Source: an uncultured Puniceicoccaceae bacterium
Lineage (GTDB): Bacteria; Verrucomicrobiota; Verrucomicrobiia; Opitutales; Oceanipulchritudinaceae
Direction of reading: 5' to 3'
DNA: 64,000 nucleotides
Assembly: GCA_963933835.1 (NCBI GenBank)
Contig: CAWVVV010000007.1
Location: forward strand, 1 to 64,000
In this document: piece by piece, positions 8,792 to 19,173 of the stretch
Numbering within the stretch: the first letter of the stretch is position 1
How the letters are laid out: every line of letters starts with the position of its first letter
The notes under the pieces: generated by a model
What the model was told of the DNA's origin: nothing
Database searches by the model: none
What the model saw: only the letters and a program-made list of their open reading frames with translations
Position numbers and translations under genes: made by a program

Positions 8792-9457
8792 ATGTCTACC
8801 CCTCCAATTAAAACCGCTCTTTTCGATCTCGACGGCACCCTCATCGACCACTTCGAAACGATCTACCGCTGCTACGACCATGCCCTCTCGACGCTCGGTC
8901 TCGAGTCTCGCACCTATGAAACCGTGAAAGCCAGCGTGGGCGGTGGCATTCGAATGACGTTCAGTCGCCTCGTTCCCGAAGAACACATCGAGCGCAGCGT
9001 CGAACTCTGGAGTGCACGCTTTGCTGAAATCTGGAGTGAAGGGATCGTCGTGCTTCCTGGCGCTGAGAAGCTCGTTAAGAAACTCAAAGAAAGCGGTGTA
9101 AAAACAGCGATCTACACCAACAAAGAAGGCGACGTCGCCCGAAAGATTGCCGCCCTGCTTGGATGGGAACCCCTCTTTGATGGGATCTATGGGCGACTCG
9201 ACACGGACTACACGAAGCCCGACATTCGCCTCACCGATCATGTCCTAAGCGGGATCGATGCAACGGCTGAAGGTGCCGTCATGATTGGAGATTCTCCCTT
9301 TGACTGGGCCACAGCGCACAACGCGAACTTCGGTGCCTACCTCGTTGCCACTGGATCCCACACGCTCCGCCAGCTCAAAAATGAGACCACCGCGCTCGGC
9401 ATCTATCCAAACCTTGTCGTTCTCGCCCGCAAAGTCTGGGACTTAGACGTCGATTAA
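8792..9457 (+). CDS. HAD-superfamily hydrolase (phosphoglycolate phosphatase-like)
   Basis: FDLDGTLID motif I, TKPD, MIGDSPFD; start placed at ATG 8792. Confidence 0.9.
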   Translation: MSTPPIKTALFDLDGTLIDHFETIYRCYDHALSTLGLESRTYETVKASVGGGIRMTFSRLVPEEHIERSVELWSARFAEIWSEGIVVLPGAEKLVKKLKESGVKTAIYTNKEGDVARKIAALLGWEPLFDGIYGRLDTDYTKPDIRLTDHVLSGIDATAEGAVMIGDSPFDWATAHNANFGAYLVATGSHTLRQLKNETTALGIYPNLVVLARKVWDLDVD

Positions 9458-9628
9458 GGGGCCACACTTCGGCCGCCTCAATGCCTTCAAGTAATTTCTT
9501 GCAAGCGTCCCGCGGTTTATAATTATAAACCCTACCCCAAAGAGATGCTGTAATCTTAGGGCTAGCTAGCCCTGACATTCGACAGTGAGCTCAAAAGGCT
9601 ATTCAATAGCAGCCAATCGATACGTCCG

Positions 9629-12219
9629 ATGACATATACTCATAAACGGTTCCTCAGTCTCATCCTCTGCACACTTTCTAGCACCCTCTCAGCTTTTGAC
9701 GGCTGGCTCTACTTCGGAGACTATCCCTACGTCTTCGAACAGCAGACCAACAGTTGGCATTATGTCCATGAAGGAGATCTCGATTCCGAGCTCACGGACG
9801 AAACTGGCCTCATAAAAAAAGTTGGAGCTCCGCAGCAGGACTCGACTCTACGACAGTCTCCGGCTGGCAATGGGGAGGCATTTGGCCATGGATTTGGGCC
9901 AATGACGACCAACGCTGGTACGAGCTCGCGGTGACCGATGGCGAGTTTTGGAATTATAGCTTCGGAGATGGCGCATGGGAGCTCTTGACCGCGAGAATTC
10001 TTGAGCCGACTTCTGAGCCCATCGCCTGGATCGAAACTTTTGAAGACCTCAGTAATGGAAGCACCGAAGACACCGGCGAAACGGCTTGGTCTGCCACTGC
10101 CTTGCTTGGCGGCGGAGGCTCCAATGGAGTTCTTGATGGAGCCTACGATGTCGCTAAGGGCAATCCTGCTAGCTGGGTTTCAGAGCTCATTTCCATCGGC
10201 GGCGACGCCACCATCACCATTATTCACGAAGGTGATCCTGACATGGAAAGTAATGACCATATTACAATTTCCACGATCGTTGACGGCGGCTCACCCGTTT
10301 CCTTCGTCGATGCCCTAACCGGTCACTACGTTCAACGCACGGATGATACGCTTGTGAGTGGTGCGACGGTTCAGATCATTATCGATACAGTGAGCACGGG
10401 CTCAACCGAACACCATCGTATCTACGAAGTCCGCGTCGAAGGCGTTGATCCTTTTCCAAAGCCCTTTACGCCCGAAGAGCTCGCGGCGACAACGCTCTCT
10501 TCAACGGAAATTCAGCTTACTTGGACAGACAACTCGGAGAACGAAACAGGCTTCAGTATCCTACGCAGAACAGGCACAAACGCCTATGCAGAGGTGGGGG
10601 ACCTAGGAGCAAATGTCACCACCTTCAACGACACAGGCCTCGCGATCACTACCGAATACTCGTATCTCATCCACGCTTACAATGAGAATGGCTCTTCGCT
10701 CGAGACAGACGCTGTCATAGCACGCACTTGGAATACCGTTCCACCCACCGCTCCTTCAAACCTAGATGGAAACACGATCGACGCAGAGGCGAAGCTAACC
10801 TGGTCAGACAATTCCGTCGACGAAAGCAGCTTCGAAATCCATCGCCTCGACCCGGGCGAAAGCACCTTTACGCTACGTGCGACACTAGCAGCCGGCGTAT
10901 CCAGTTTCGACGACAACGGCCTCACTCCGAACTCCGCTTACGATTACAAGGTCAGAGCGGTCAATGGCATCGGTGATTCCGCTTTCTCCAATACGCTCAG
11001 TGTGACGACAGGTGACTACGAAGTCCCTTCCGCAGAGGTTGTCCCACTCTGGCCGCTGATCAATGCGAGCTTTGAACTGAGCAACTCCGTAGGCAGCTGG
11101 GAAGAAAATGACCCGAGTGGAAATATTTCAATGGGAAGCTCCAGTAGCCCCGCAGCATATGAGGGCTCCCGCGTTATAGAAATCAGCGGCGCCCCGGGGG
11201 GCATCATCGAACAAAGCCTTTACCAACCGATTGCTGGGCACCGTTACGAAGTCACCGCTTGGGTTTATAATCACGGGACTATCGGCATCGAAGACCTAGG
11301 TAGCGACACGAACTTTGAAACCTCCACCGACCATGGGACCAGCTGGCAACAAATCACGGTCAGCTATATTTCAACCGGCTCACCTGCATTCGTCTACGTT
11401 TCCTATGGCCCAGGCAGTGGCAACGCACTTTTTGACCTCTTCGAAACGGCTGACATATCGACGAACGAAGACCTCGCGGCATCACTACCGTTTAAGATAA
11501 TGCGTTACCCCTCACAGGTCTTAGATCTTTCGTGGTGGAAGATCACATTGCCGATCAACAACGCGATGGAGATACACACACCCGAGCTCCTTCGCTACAT
11601 TAACGACCCATGGATCAAACTCGTCCAAGACGAAGACGGCTACGCTGTTCAATTCCGCGCTAACCATGGCGGTTCATCAACCGGCGGATCGAGTAACCCG
11701 CGCAGCGAACTGCGCGAAATGACTCAAAACTACCACTTACAAAATTCCCAGAGCCGCGCTGCTTGGACGAACACCGACACAAAAGACCACACGATGTGGA
11801 TCAAGCAAAAGGTCACCCACCTCACACGGGTGAAGCCGCATGTCGTTGTCGGGCAAATCCACGATGGCGGAGACGACGTCACGGTGTTTCGTGTCGAAGG
11901 CGCCTATGTCGCAGAGGGCAACCCTCCGCCGACACACGCACAGTTATGGATCACACGCGGCAACTCGACTCACGGATATCTCGTCGATGGGAACTACGAA
12001 CTCGGCACTGTCTTTGAAGTCAAATTCATCGCTCACGACGGAGTGATCGAATATGAATACAATGGCGAACTCCTCGACTATGTTCACACTGAAAGTGTCT
12101 CCGGCTGCTACTTTAAGTTGGGCAACTACACCCAGTCACACAACGGCACCGCACCGACCGAGTCCGACACTGCCTACGCTGAGACCTACGTTTACGACTA
12201 TGAGATCACACACGAGTAG
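9629..12219 (+). CDS. Secreted multidomain PL7 alginate lyase (signal peptide, Trp-rich domain, 2x FN3, CBM-like domain, PL7), split by a frameshift near 9814-9820
   Basis: PL7 motifs RSELREM, QIH, YFKLGNYTQS; FN3 motifs LTWTDNSENE and LTWSDNSVDE; signal peptide lies in ORF 9629-9934, and the frame of ORF 9931-12219 is open from 9772. Confidence 0.85.
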
Positions 12220-12235
12220 ACTAAACCACCACTGT

Positions 12236-12315
12236 TCGTCCCCCTGAGACAGGCGGCCCTGCCAAAATACAGCTATCCAACGCCTCAAGGTAGGGATGGC
12301 TGTCTCAGCCGTCCG
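12236..12315. repeat. Pair of GTAG-type REP-like palindromes
   Basis: GTAG-GGATGGCTG-TCT-CAGCCGTCC at 12290-12314 and a degenerate inverted copy at about 12236-12263. Confidence 0.6.
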
Positions 12316-12410
12316 CCGCTGCACAAGCCACTAACAAGAGCGACGCGCCACACCCTCCCGCGCTTTGACATTGCCGATCGGGGAGCAGTCCATGGAATGA
12401 TCCTCATCGC

Positions 12411-14615
12411 ATGGCCGCCCCATCCTCAGCTCAGTCCAACACCGACGACCGCCACCTCACCGGTGTGCTTGAGCGTGTAATCTATCTCAACGAGGAAAAC
12501 CACTACACCATCGGCGAGCTGCGACCTGAGAAAGGAACGCGCACGGTTACGATCGTCGGGGCATTGCCTGAAGTGCAGTGTGGTGAAACGCTCGAGCTCC
12601 ACGGTGACTGGACAGAGCACCCGCAACATGGCGCACAGTTTAAGGTTAAAGACTTTCGCGCTACCCTGCCCTCATCGGTCTATGGCATTCGCAAATACCT
12701 CGGAAGCGGCCTAATCTCCGGCATCGGCCCGAGCTATGCCGAAAAGATAGTTAACGCCTTTGGTGCCGACACTTTACGCGTCATCGAAGAAGACAGTGGT
12801 CGCCTTCGCGAAGTGTCCGGAATCGGCAAAAAGCGAGCCGGAGAAATCAAGGAAGCGTGGGACAGCCAGCGCGCTCTACGCGAGGTGCTCATGTTTCTTC
12901 AGACCTACGGGGCCACTGTCAGCCAATGCTCACGCATAGTTCATCGCTACGGGCCGGAAGCGATACGGATTCTCAAAGAAGATCCGTATCAAGTCGCGAG
13001 AGAAGTCCACGGCATAGGATTCAAAACCGCCGACCGTCTCGCGATCAATCTAGGCTTTGCCAACGATGCTCCCGCACGACTCGAAGCTGGCGTTCTCCAT
13101 GTGCTAAAGGAACTCGAAGGCAACGGTCACACTGGCTACCAGCCCAACGACCTCGAGGAGGCCACAACCACGCTCCTAGAGACGACAAAGGAAGGCGTAG
13201 CGAATGCGATCGAGCGACTCTCCTCTGACGGCTCACTCATTGCTGCTGAAAGCTCTCCTCTCCTCCAGCTACCAACAACGGCTCGTGCGGAGTCGATCCT
13301 TGCCGAATCGCTCCTGCTCAATCACGCCCAGCCAAGTAAGCTCCCTCCGATCAAAATAGATCTCGCGGTCAAATGGGCACAGGACAAGGCGGGCTTCGAA
13401 TTTGCGCCTGAGCAATGTGCCGCGGTCGCTCAGGCCCTTGCCTCAAAGACCTCTATCCTCACCGGCGGACCCGGCACTGGAAAAACAACCATTCTCCGCG
13501 CCCTTGTCGATATTCTGAGAGCCAAGAAAGTGCGTATCGTGCTCGCCGCGCCGACCGGCCGAGCCGCGCAACGCATGGCACAATCAGCCAGGCACAATGC
13601 TTCCACGATCCATCGCCTACTCAAATTTGACCCTGCCGGCGGCGGCTTTGTGCACAATCGTGACCGCCCCCTCAATGCCGACTTCTTCATCGTTGATGAA
13701 GCCAGTATGCTGGACAACGCCCTCGCCAGCTCGCTCATTCGCGCCATCCCAGCGCAAGCACACATCCTTTTCGTTGGTGACGCTGATCAACTTCCGAGTG
13801 TGGGTGCGGGCAATGTTCTGGGAGACCTCATCACCTCGAAAGTCTTTCCCGTAACGCGGCTGCAAAAGATCTTCCGCCAGGGTGCGGGCAGCGCCGTCGT
13901 CCGTGTCGCGCACAGCGTCTTGTCAAACGAAGCACAGGCACCCTACGTCATCGACGAGATCAAAGACTTCGACCCGCTGCACGACGTTTGTTTCATTCGC
14001 CGCCTCACACCTGAAGCCTGCGTCGCGACCGTTGCCGAATTAGCCACTGAGCACTTTCCGCGTTGGTATCCAAAAGTGAATCCAGTGATGGGCACTCAGG
14101 TGCTCGTCCCTCTCCACCGCGGGGCCGCAGGGATTTCGCAGTTCAATAAGACGCTGCAAACCAGCTTCAATCGCAGCCAAGAGAAAGTTACTTTCGGTGA
14201 GATCGCTTTTCATCTGGGCGATAAAGTCATCCAGATGAAAAACAACTACGACAAAGGCATCTTCAATGGAGACCTTGGCCGTATCAGCCATTTGAATACA
14301 GTCGCTGGCACAGTCGCGGTGGATTTCGAAGGGACATCGGTCGATCTGGAGCGGAGCGAGCTCTCGGACCTCTCTCTCGCCTACGCGATCTCCATCCACA
14401 AGTCTCAGGGGAGTGAATTCCCCATCGTTGTCCTACCACTGCTAAAGCAACACTTCCTCCTCCTTCAGAGGAATCTCCTCTACACTGCGATCACCAGAGG
14501 AAAGCGCAAAGTCTTCATCGTGGGAGACCCTTCGGCCTATGCGATGGCGGTTAGAAATACAGAAGCTGCTATTCGACGAACTGATTTAGTCCGCAAGGTG
14601 CAGATCCAGTCTTAA
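12411..14615 (+). CDS. recD2: SF1B DNA helicase RecD2
   Basis: TGGPGTGKTT, APTGRAA, VDEASM, GDADQLPSVG, AYAISIHKSQGSE, RNLLYTAITRG; N-terminal HhH region. Confidence 0.93.
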   Translation: MAAPSSAQSNTDDRHLTGVLERVIYLNEENHYTIGELRPEKGTRTVTIVGALPEVQCGETLELHGDWTEHPQHGAQFKVKDFRATLPSSVYGIRKYLGSGLISGIGPSYAEKIVNAFGADTLRVIEEDSGRLREVSGIGKKRAGEIKEAWDSQRALREVLMFLQTYGATVSQCSRIVHRYGPEAIRILKEDPYQVAREVHGIGFKTADRLAINLGFANDAPARLEAGVLHVLKELEGNGHTGYQPNDLEEATTTLLETTKEGVANAIERLSSDGSLIAAESSPLLQLPTTARAESILAESLLLNHAQPSKLPPIKIDLAVKWAQDKAGFEFAPEQCAAVAQALASKTSILTGGPGTGKTTILRALVDILRAKKVRIVLAAPTGRAAQRMAQSARHNASTIHRLLKFDPAGGGFVHNRDRPLNADFFIVDEASMLDNALASSLIRAIPAQAHILFVGDADQLPSVGAGNVLGDLITSKVFPVTRLQKIFRQGAGSAVVRVAHSVLSNEAQAPYVIDEIKDFDPLHDVCFIRRLTPEACVATVAELATEHFPRWYPKVNPVMGTQVLVPLHRGAAGISQFNKTLQTSFNRSQEKVTFGEIAFHLGDKVIQMKNNYDKGIFNGDLGRISHLNTVAGTVAVDFEGTSVDLERSELSDLSLAYAISIHKSQGSEFPIVVLPLLKQHFLLLQRNLLYTAITRGKRKVFIVGDPSAYAMAVRNTEAAIRRTDLVRKVQIQS

Positions 14616-14636
14616 GACCCAAGAGTGAGGAGACAA

Positions 14637-15434
14637 CTAAGCGTCTTTCGAAAAGTGCGCTTCAAGTGCATCGACCATTTTCTCGAGTGACGGGGAGTCG
14701 GCCTCGACGGTCACTGGGATACTCGCTGCTTTCATCGTTGCCGTGGTCTGAGGACCGAAACTACACAACGCCGGGACTTTCGCCCCTTTCTCGAGTTTAA
14801 GGTGGGACGCTTGCTGCCCGAATGACTCGACTGCTGAGGAGCTTGAAAAAACGAGCGCATCGGCCCCTTTGGACCGAAATTCCGCCGCCTTTGCATCGTT
14901 CGAAAGGTCAGCCAATGCCGTCTCATAAACTGGGTACAGATCAACAATCGAGCGCTCCTCTTCGAGCATCGTCACTAAGGTACCGCGGTTGCGATTTCCC
15001 GTTACGATCAAGATACGTAAGTTATCAAGCAGTTCCTTCTCTTTGAGGGCTTCGCCGAGAGCTTCGGCCGTCGCAACTTCAGGCATCATCTCAACTTGCA
15101 AGTGCCATGTGCGAATCGCTGCCGCTGTCGCCTCACCGACTGCGGCCAGGCGTAAAAAGCCCAGTGATCGAATATCTTCGAAGGTATCAAAGAATGCTTC
15201 AAAGAACCCACGGACGCCATTCACACTCGTGAAAATGAGCCACTCGTATTGACCGATCTCGGCGAAGATTTCTTTCGTAACGACGGGATCGGCGCCAATC
15301 TTGATATCGATCAAGGGCAGCTCAAGGACATCAGCCTTGAGTGCTTTGAGGCGCTTTGTGAGGCGACCCGATGCTTCAAGGTTCCGCGTTACAACGATCC
15401 GTTTACCGGCGAGAGGTGAAGTAGACTTACTCAT
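14637..15434 (-). CDS. hemD: Uroporphyrinogen-III synthase
   Basis: RIVVTR, IFTSVNGV, VGEATA, FSSSSAVE, GPQT motifs; coupled to hemC. Confidence 0.9.
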   Translation of the reverse strand: MSKSTSPLAGKRIVVTRNLEASGRLTKRLKALKADVLELPLIDIKIGADPVVTKEIFAEIGQYEWLIFTSVNGVRGFFEAFFDTFEDIRSLGFLRLAAVGEATAAAIRTWHLQVEMMPEVATAEALGEALKEKELLDNLRILIVTGNRNRGTLVTMLEEERSIVDLYPVYETALADLSNDAKAAEFRSKGADALVFSSSSAVESFGQQASHLKLEKGAKVPALCSFGPQTTATMKAASIPVTVEADSPSLEKMVDALEAHFSKDA

Positions 15435-16291
15435 TAAACTGAAAAATGCTGGTGACGGAGTTGTTTAATCCAAGCTTCCGGATCGAATCCGGTCACCGAA
15501 CAGTCGGTCTCGTGCCGACCTACGACGTGGTCATATAGATAAAGAGTGCCCTTTTCCACAAAGGCAGCGGAAGCGCTGTGGCAACCTCCTCCTAGGGCCT
15601 GCAAAGCTCGACGTTCGATCAGAACGTCAGCTGTAGTCTTTTTGCAAATACAGCTGTCCCACAATTCGCTTTCTCCTGTCCGACCCTGAATAGCGATCGC
15701 GCCTTGGGCCGCGGCAGGCACGCAGTCGTCGACCGGAAGGGTAAAGAAACTAAGCCCTGGGTAGCCTTTGATCCCAAGTCGATTGAGGCCCGCAGCAGCG
15801 AGAACGGTCGCATCAGCGTAGCCATCTGAAATTTTGCGCATTCGGGTCTCAACGTTGCCTCTAATCTCGGTCCATTTTGCCCCCGGAAAAAGGAGTTTGA
15901 GCTGGTGGCGGCGGCGTGGACTTCCCGTCGCGATAAACTGTGGATCGCCCTTCAGATCCTCTCGGAAAACTAACACGTCGCGGGGGTCTTCTCTCGGAAG
16001 ATACCCTGAAATCTCTAGCCCATCGAGGAACTCTGTCGGTAAGTCCTTACCCGAATGCACGGCATAGTCCGCCTCCCCCTCGATCACGGCGTGCTCAAGA
16101 TCGGTCGTAAAAAGCCCCTTCCCACCTTCCTTTGACAAAGACCATTTCACCTTCTCATCACCTTGCGTCGTCATCGGCAGCAATTTGACGACCCGGTCCG
16201 GATGCGCCAATTGCAGAAGCCCTTGCGCGGTATGCGCTTGAGCCATGGCCAAAGCGGAACGACGAGTAGCGATTACAATTTCAGACTTCAT
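15434..16291 (-). CDS. hemC: Hydroxymethylbilane synthase
   Basis: IATRRSALAMAQ, GKGLFT, VHSGKDLP, IRGNVETR, LGGGC; start placed at ATG 16291. Confidence 0.93.
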   Translation of the reverse strand: MKSEIVIATRRSALAMAQAHTAQGLLQLAHPDRVVKLLPMTTQGDEKVKWSLSKEGGKGLFTTDLEHAVIEGEADYAVHSGKDLPTEFLDGLEISGYLPREDPRDVLVFREDLKGDPQFIATGSPRRRHQLKLLFPGAKWTEIRGNVETRMRKISDGYADATVLAAAGLNRLGIKGYPGLSFFTLPVDDCVPAAAQGAIAIQGRTGESELWDSCICKKTTADVLIERRALQALGGGCHSASAAFVEKGTLYLYDHVVGRHETDCSVTGFDPEAWIKQLRHQHFSV

Positions 16292-16380
16292 AGGGACTGG
16301 AATAAGCTCAGCCATCATCGCAGATGGGGCGAGGTGTTTTTCAATCCTTCGATGGAAAGAGCCGCATGGCTTGATGGGCG

Positions 16381-16418
16381 AAAAGAAAAAGGCGCCGGGA
16401 CTTCCCCGACGCCTTCTC
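16381..16418 (-). terminator. Rho-independent terminator after ilvC
   Basis: Minus strand GAAGGCGTCGGG-GAAGT-CCCGGCGCCTTTTTCTTTT. Confidence 0.75.
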
Positions 16419-16445
16419 AAAAATAACGAACTAAGACTTTCGGGC

Positions 16446-17477
16446 TTAGTTTGCGTAGCCAGCTTGGGAGCCGGTCAAGTCGCGCTTCTTCACCCAAGGC
16501 ATGAGGCTCCGGAGCTTAACACCGGTAACTTCGATTGGGTGCTTCGCTTCGTCGACTTGGAACTGTTTGTATTTCGGATAGCCTGCTTTCGCCTCAGCGA
16601 CCCACTCGCGAGTAAACTCGCCGTCTTGGATCTCTCTGAGGATCTCGCGCATCGCATCCTTCGTTGTCTCAGTGATGATGCGAGGGCCACGGGTATAGTC
16701 GCCGTACTCAGCCGTCTCGGAGATCGAGAAGCGCATACCGCTGACACCCGACTCAACCATGAGGTCGACGATGAGCTTGAGTTCGTGGAGACACTCGAAG
16801 TAGGCCATCTCCGGCTGGTAACCAGCCTCGGTGAGGACTTCGAAGCCTGCCTTGACGAGAGCACTTGCACCGCCACAGAGGACGGCTTGCTCACCAAAGA
16901 GGTCAGTTTCAGTTTCTTCCTTGAAAGTGGTTTCGATCACACCAGCGCGCGTGCCGCCGACGCCGTGTGCCCATGCGAGGGCAACGTCTCTGGCTTCTGG
17001 AGCGGAGCCTTCGAGAACAGCGATGAGAGCTGGAACACCTTTGCCTTCTTGGAATTGGGAGCGGACAACGTGGCCGGGGCCCTTTGGCGCAACCATGATG
17101 ACGCTAACACCGGAAGGTGGCGTGATCAGCTTGTAGTGAATCGCGAGTCCGTGGACGAAAGCGAGAACCTTGCCCGGAGTCAGCTTAGGAGCGACCTCCG
17201 ATTCGTAGATATCGGCCTGCTTCATGTCCGGCACCGCCATCATGATGACGTCTGCCTTTTCCACTACTTCGGAAACACTGAAGACCTCGAAGCCGAGCTT
17301 CTGGGCAACAGGGATAGACTTACTGCCTTCGTAAAGGCCGATGATAACATTCTGGCCGCTCTCTTTAAGATTGAGGGCGTGGGAGTGGCCTTGTGAGCCA
17401 AATCCGATGATGCCGAGTGTTTTGTTTTGGATGTGAGCGAAGTCAGCGTCTTTTTCCGTATAGACCGTGGCAGACAT
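16446..17477 (-). CDS. ilvC: Ketol-acid reductoisomerase
   Basis: IIGFGSQGHSHALNLKESG, MVAPKGPGH, EETETDLFGEQAVLCGG. Confidence 0.97.
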   Translation of the reverse strand: MSATVYTEKDADFAHIQNKTLGIIGFGSQGHSHALNLKESGQNVIIGLYEGSKSIPVAQKLGFEVFSVSEVVEKADVIMMAVPDMKQADIYESEVAPKLTPGKVLAFVHGLAIHYKLITPPSGVSVIMVAPKGPGHVVRSQFQEGKGVPALIAVLEGSAPEARDVALAWAHGVGGTRAGVIETTFKEETETDLFGEQAVLCGGASALVKAGFEVLTEAGYQPEMAYFECLHELKLIVDLMVESGVSGMRFSISETAEYGDYTRGPRIITETTKDAMREILREIQDGEFTREWVAEAKAGYPKYKQFQVDEAKHPIEVTGVKLRSLMPWVKKRDLTGSQAGYAN

Positions 17478-17534
17478 AATTAGTGGTGGGTGTGGGTTTA
17501 AAAAGTGGCTGTGGATACCAGCCAGATGAAAAGT

Positions 17535-18023
17535 TTAGAGTTCGAGCTTTCGGTTACGCGGCAATGCAGCGATACCTGTGCGAGCCATTTGCTTGATCCC
17601 AAAAGGCTCGAGCATGCCGAGGAAAGCTTCGATTTTTTGGTGCTGCCCGGTCATCTCAACGATGATTGAGCGCTGGGAGACATCGACGATCTTTGCGCGA
17701 AAGATATCGCAGATCTGGACGATCTCACCGCGCTTTGTGCCGGAAGCGTCGACTTTAGCGAGAACGAGCTCGCGAGCGGAAAACTTGCCCTGCTCCAGGT
17801 CGGAGACCTCGATGACGTCGACGATTTTGTGCAGTTGCTTGATGCACTGATCAAGCTGTTGCGTGCCCCCTTTGACCGTTACCGTGATGCGGGAATACTT
17901 CGGATCATGAGTCGGGCCAACATTGAGGGTATCAATGTTGAAGCCTCGGCCGCTGAACATGCCTGAAATGCGGGCAAGAACGCCGAATTTGTTCTCCACA
18001 AGGACTGATATGGTGTGTCGCAT
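17535..18023 (-). CDS. ilvN: Acetolactate synthase small (regulatory) subunit
   Basis: MRHTISVLVENKFGVLARISGMFSGRGFNI ACT domain. Confidence 0.95.
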   Translation of the reverse strand: MRHTISVLVENKFGVLARISGMFSGRGFNIDTLNVGPTHDPKYSRITVTVKGGTQQLDQCIKQLHKIVDVIEVSDLEQGKFSARELVLAKVDASGTKRGEIVQICDIFRAKIVDVSQRSIIVEMTGQHQKIEAFLGMLEPFGIKQMARTGIAALPRNRKLEL

Positions 18024-18156
18024 CTACGAGGTTGGATCGGGGATTTTGAAACGAATAAAAACGGCAAAAGTCTTGCTCCACTGCGGGGTTGGCAAGCAAA
18101 AAGCCGGACCAGACCCAGCCTTTCACCTCTGCGCGGATTCAGGCTCTGCGCAGAGC

Positions 18157-18191
18157 AAAAAAAAAATCCCGCCGCCATATCAGCTGCGGGA
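18157..18191 (-). terminator. Rho-independent terminator after mscS
   Basis: Minus strand TCCCGCAGCTGATATGGCGGCGGGA followed by T10. Confidence 0.75.
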
Positions 18192-18217
18192 CCGTTGAAA
18201 AACACTCGATCGATGAA

Positions 18218-19123
18218 CTAGTCTGCGTCCTTGATCATGTGCACGTCGCGCTGAGGGTAAGGGATAGACATGCCTTCCGCATCCAAGCGCTTCTTGATCG
18301 TAGACATCAACTCGCAGCGAGTTGAGAACCAGTTGCTAGTCTCAACCCAAGGACGAACGATAAAGTTGATGCTGCTATCAGCATATTCCCAGATTTCGAC
18401 AACCGGAGCAGGGGCCTTTAGAACGTTCGGGTGCTTAACCAGCTCGTCCATGAGCACTTCCTTCGCCTTGTCGAGATCGTCATCATAAGAAACGCCCCAG
18501 GTCATATCGATACGACGCTCCGAATTGGCAGCTATATTGGTGATAACACCGCCCATAATCTCGCTGTTTGGTGCGATGATCTTCTTATTGTCAGGCGTCT
18601 TCATGATCGTGACGAGGACACCGATATCTTCGACGACACCGAGCGTTCCGCCTGCCTCGATTAAATCACCAATCTTGAAAGGCTTGAAGAGGATGATGAG
18701 CGTTCCTGACGCGAAGTTTGAGAGCGAGCCTTGCAGAGCGAGACCGACAGCCAAGCCAGCAGCAGCAAAGATAGCGACAAAGGACGTCGTCGGAATACCA
18801 ATCTTCTGGATCACGGAGATGAACACCATCGCCATGAGTCCGCAATAAATCAGACTACCGAGGAAAGAGATGAGCGCAGGATCGACGTCCTTTTTTCCCA
18901 TACCCTTCTTTACCAGCCTAGTAACCGTGCCCGCGATCCACTTACCGATGATATAGATCGCCAGAGCGAAAGCGACATTGAGCCAGTTCTCCTGGACGAA
19001 GGTGGCGAGGTATTCAACCGCGCCTTGAACGAAAGATGATCCCTCGTTGAGGACGTCTTGTGCCGTAGCAGGTGTCGTTGCTGCGACTTCAACAGTTTCG
19101 ACAATTTCTTCAGTAGTAGCCAT
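18218..19123 (-). CDS. mscS: Small-conductance mechanosensitive channel
   Basis: GLAVGLALQGSLSNFASG, FKPFKIGD, IPYPQRDVH. Confidence 0.93.
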   Translation of the reverse strand: MATTEEIVETVEVAATTPATAQDVLNEGSSFVQGAVEYLATFVQENWLNVAFALAIYIIGKWIAGTVTRLVKKGMGKKDVDPALISFLGSLIYCGLMAMVFISVIQKIGIPTTSFVAIFAAAGLAVGLALQGSLSNFASGTLIILFKPFKIGDLIEAGGTLGVVEDIGVLVTIMKTPDNKKIIAPNSEIMGGVITNIAANSERRIDMTWGVSYDDDLDKAKEVLMDELVKHPNVLKAPAPVVEIWEYADSSINFIVRPWVETSNWFSTRCELMSTIKKRLDAEGMSIPYPQRDVHMIKDAD

Positions 19124-19173
19124 GATATGCCTTAATTTTTAAGTGAGTGAGATTTAGAGAAAGCTGAAATGGA

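Noticed and set aside
16245..17396. 383-aa ORF on the + strand
   Set aside because: Antisense shadow of ilvC caused by codon bias; no motifs
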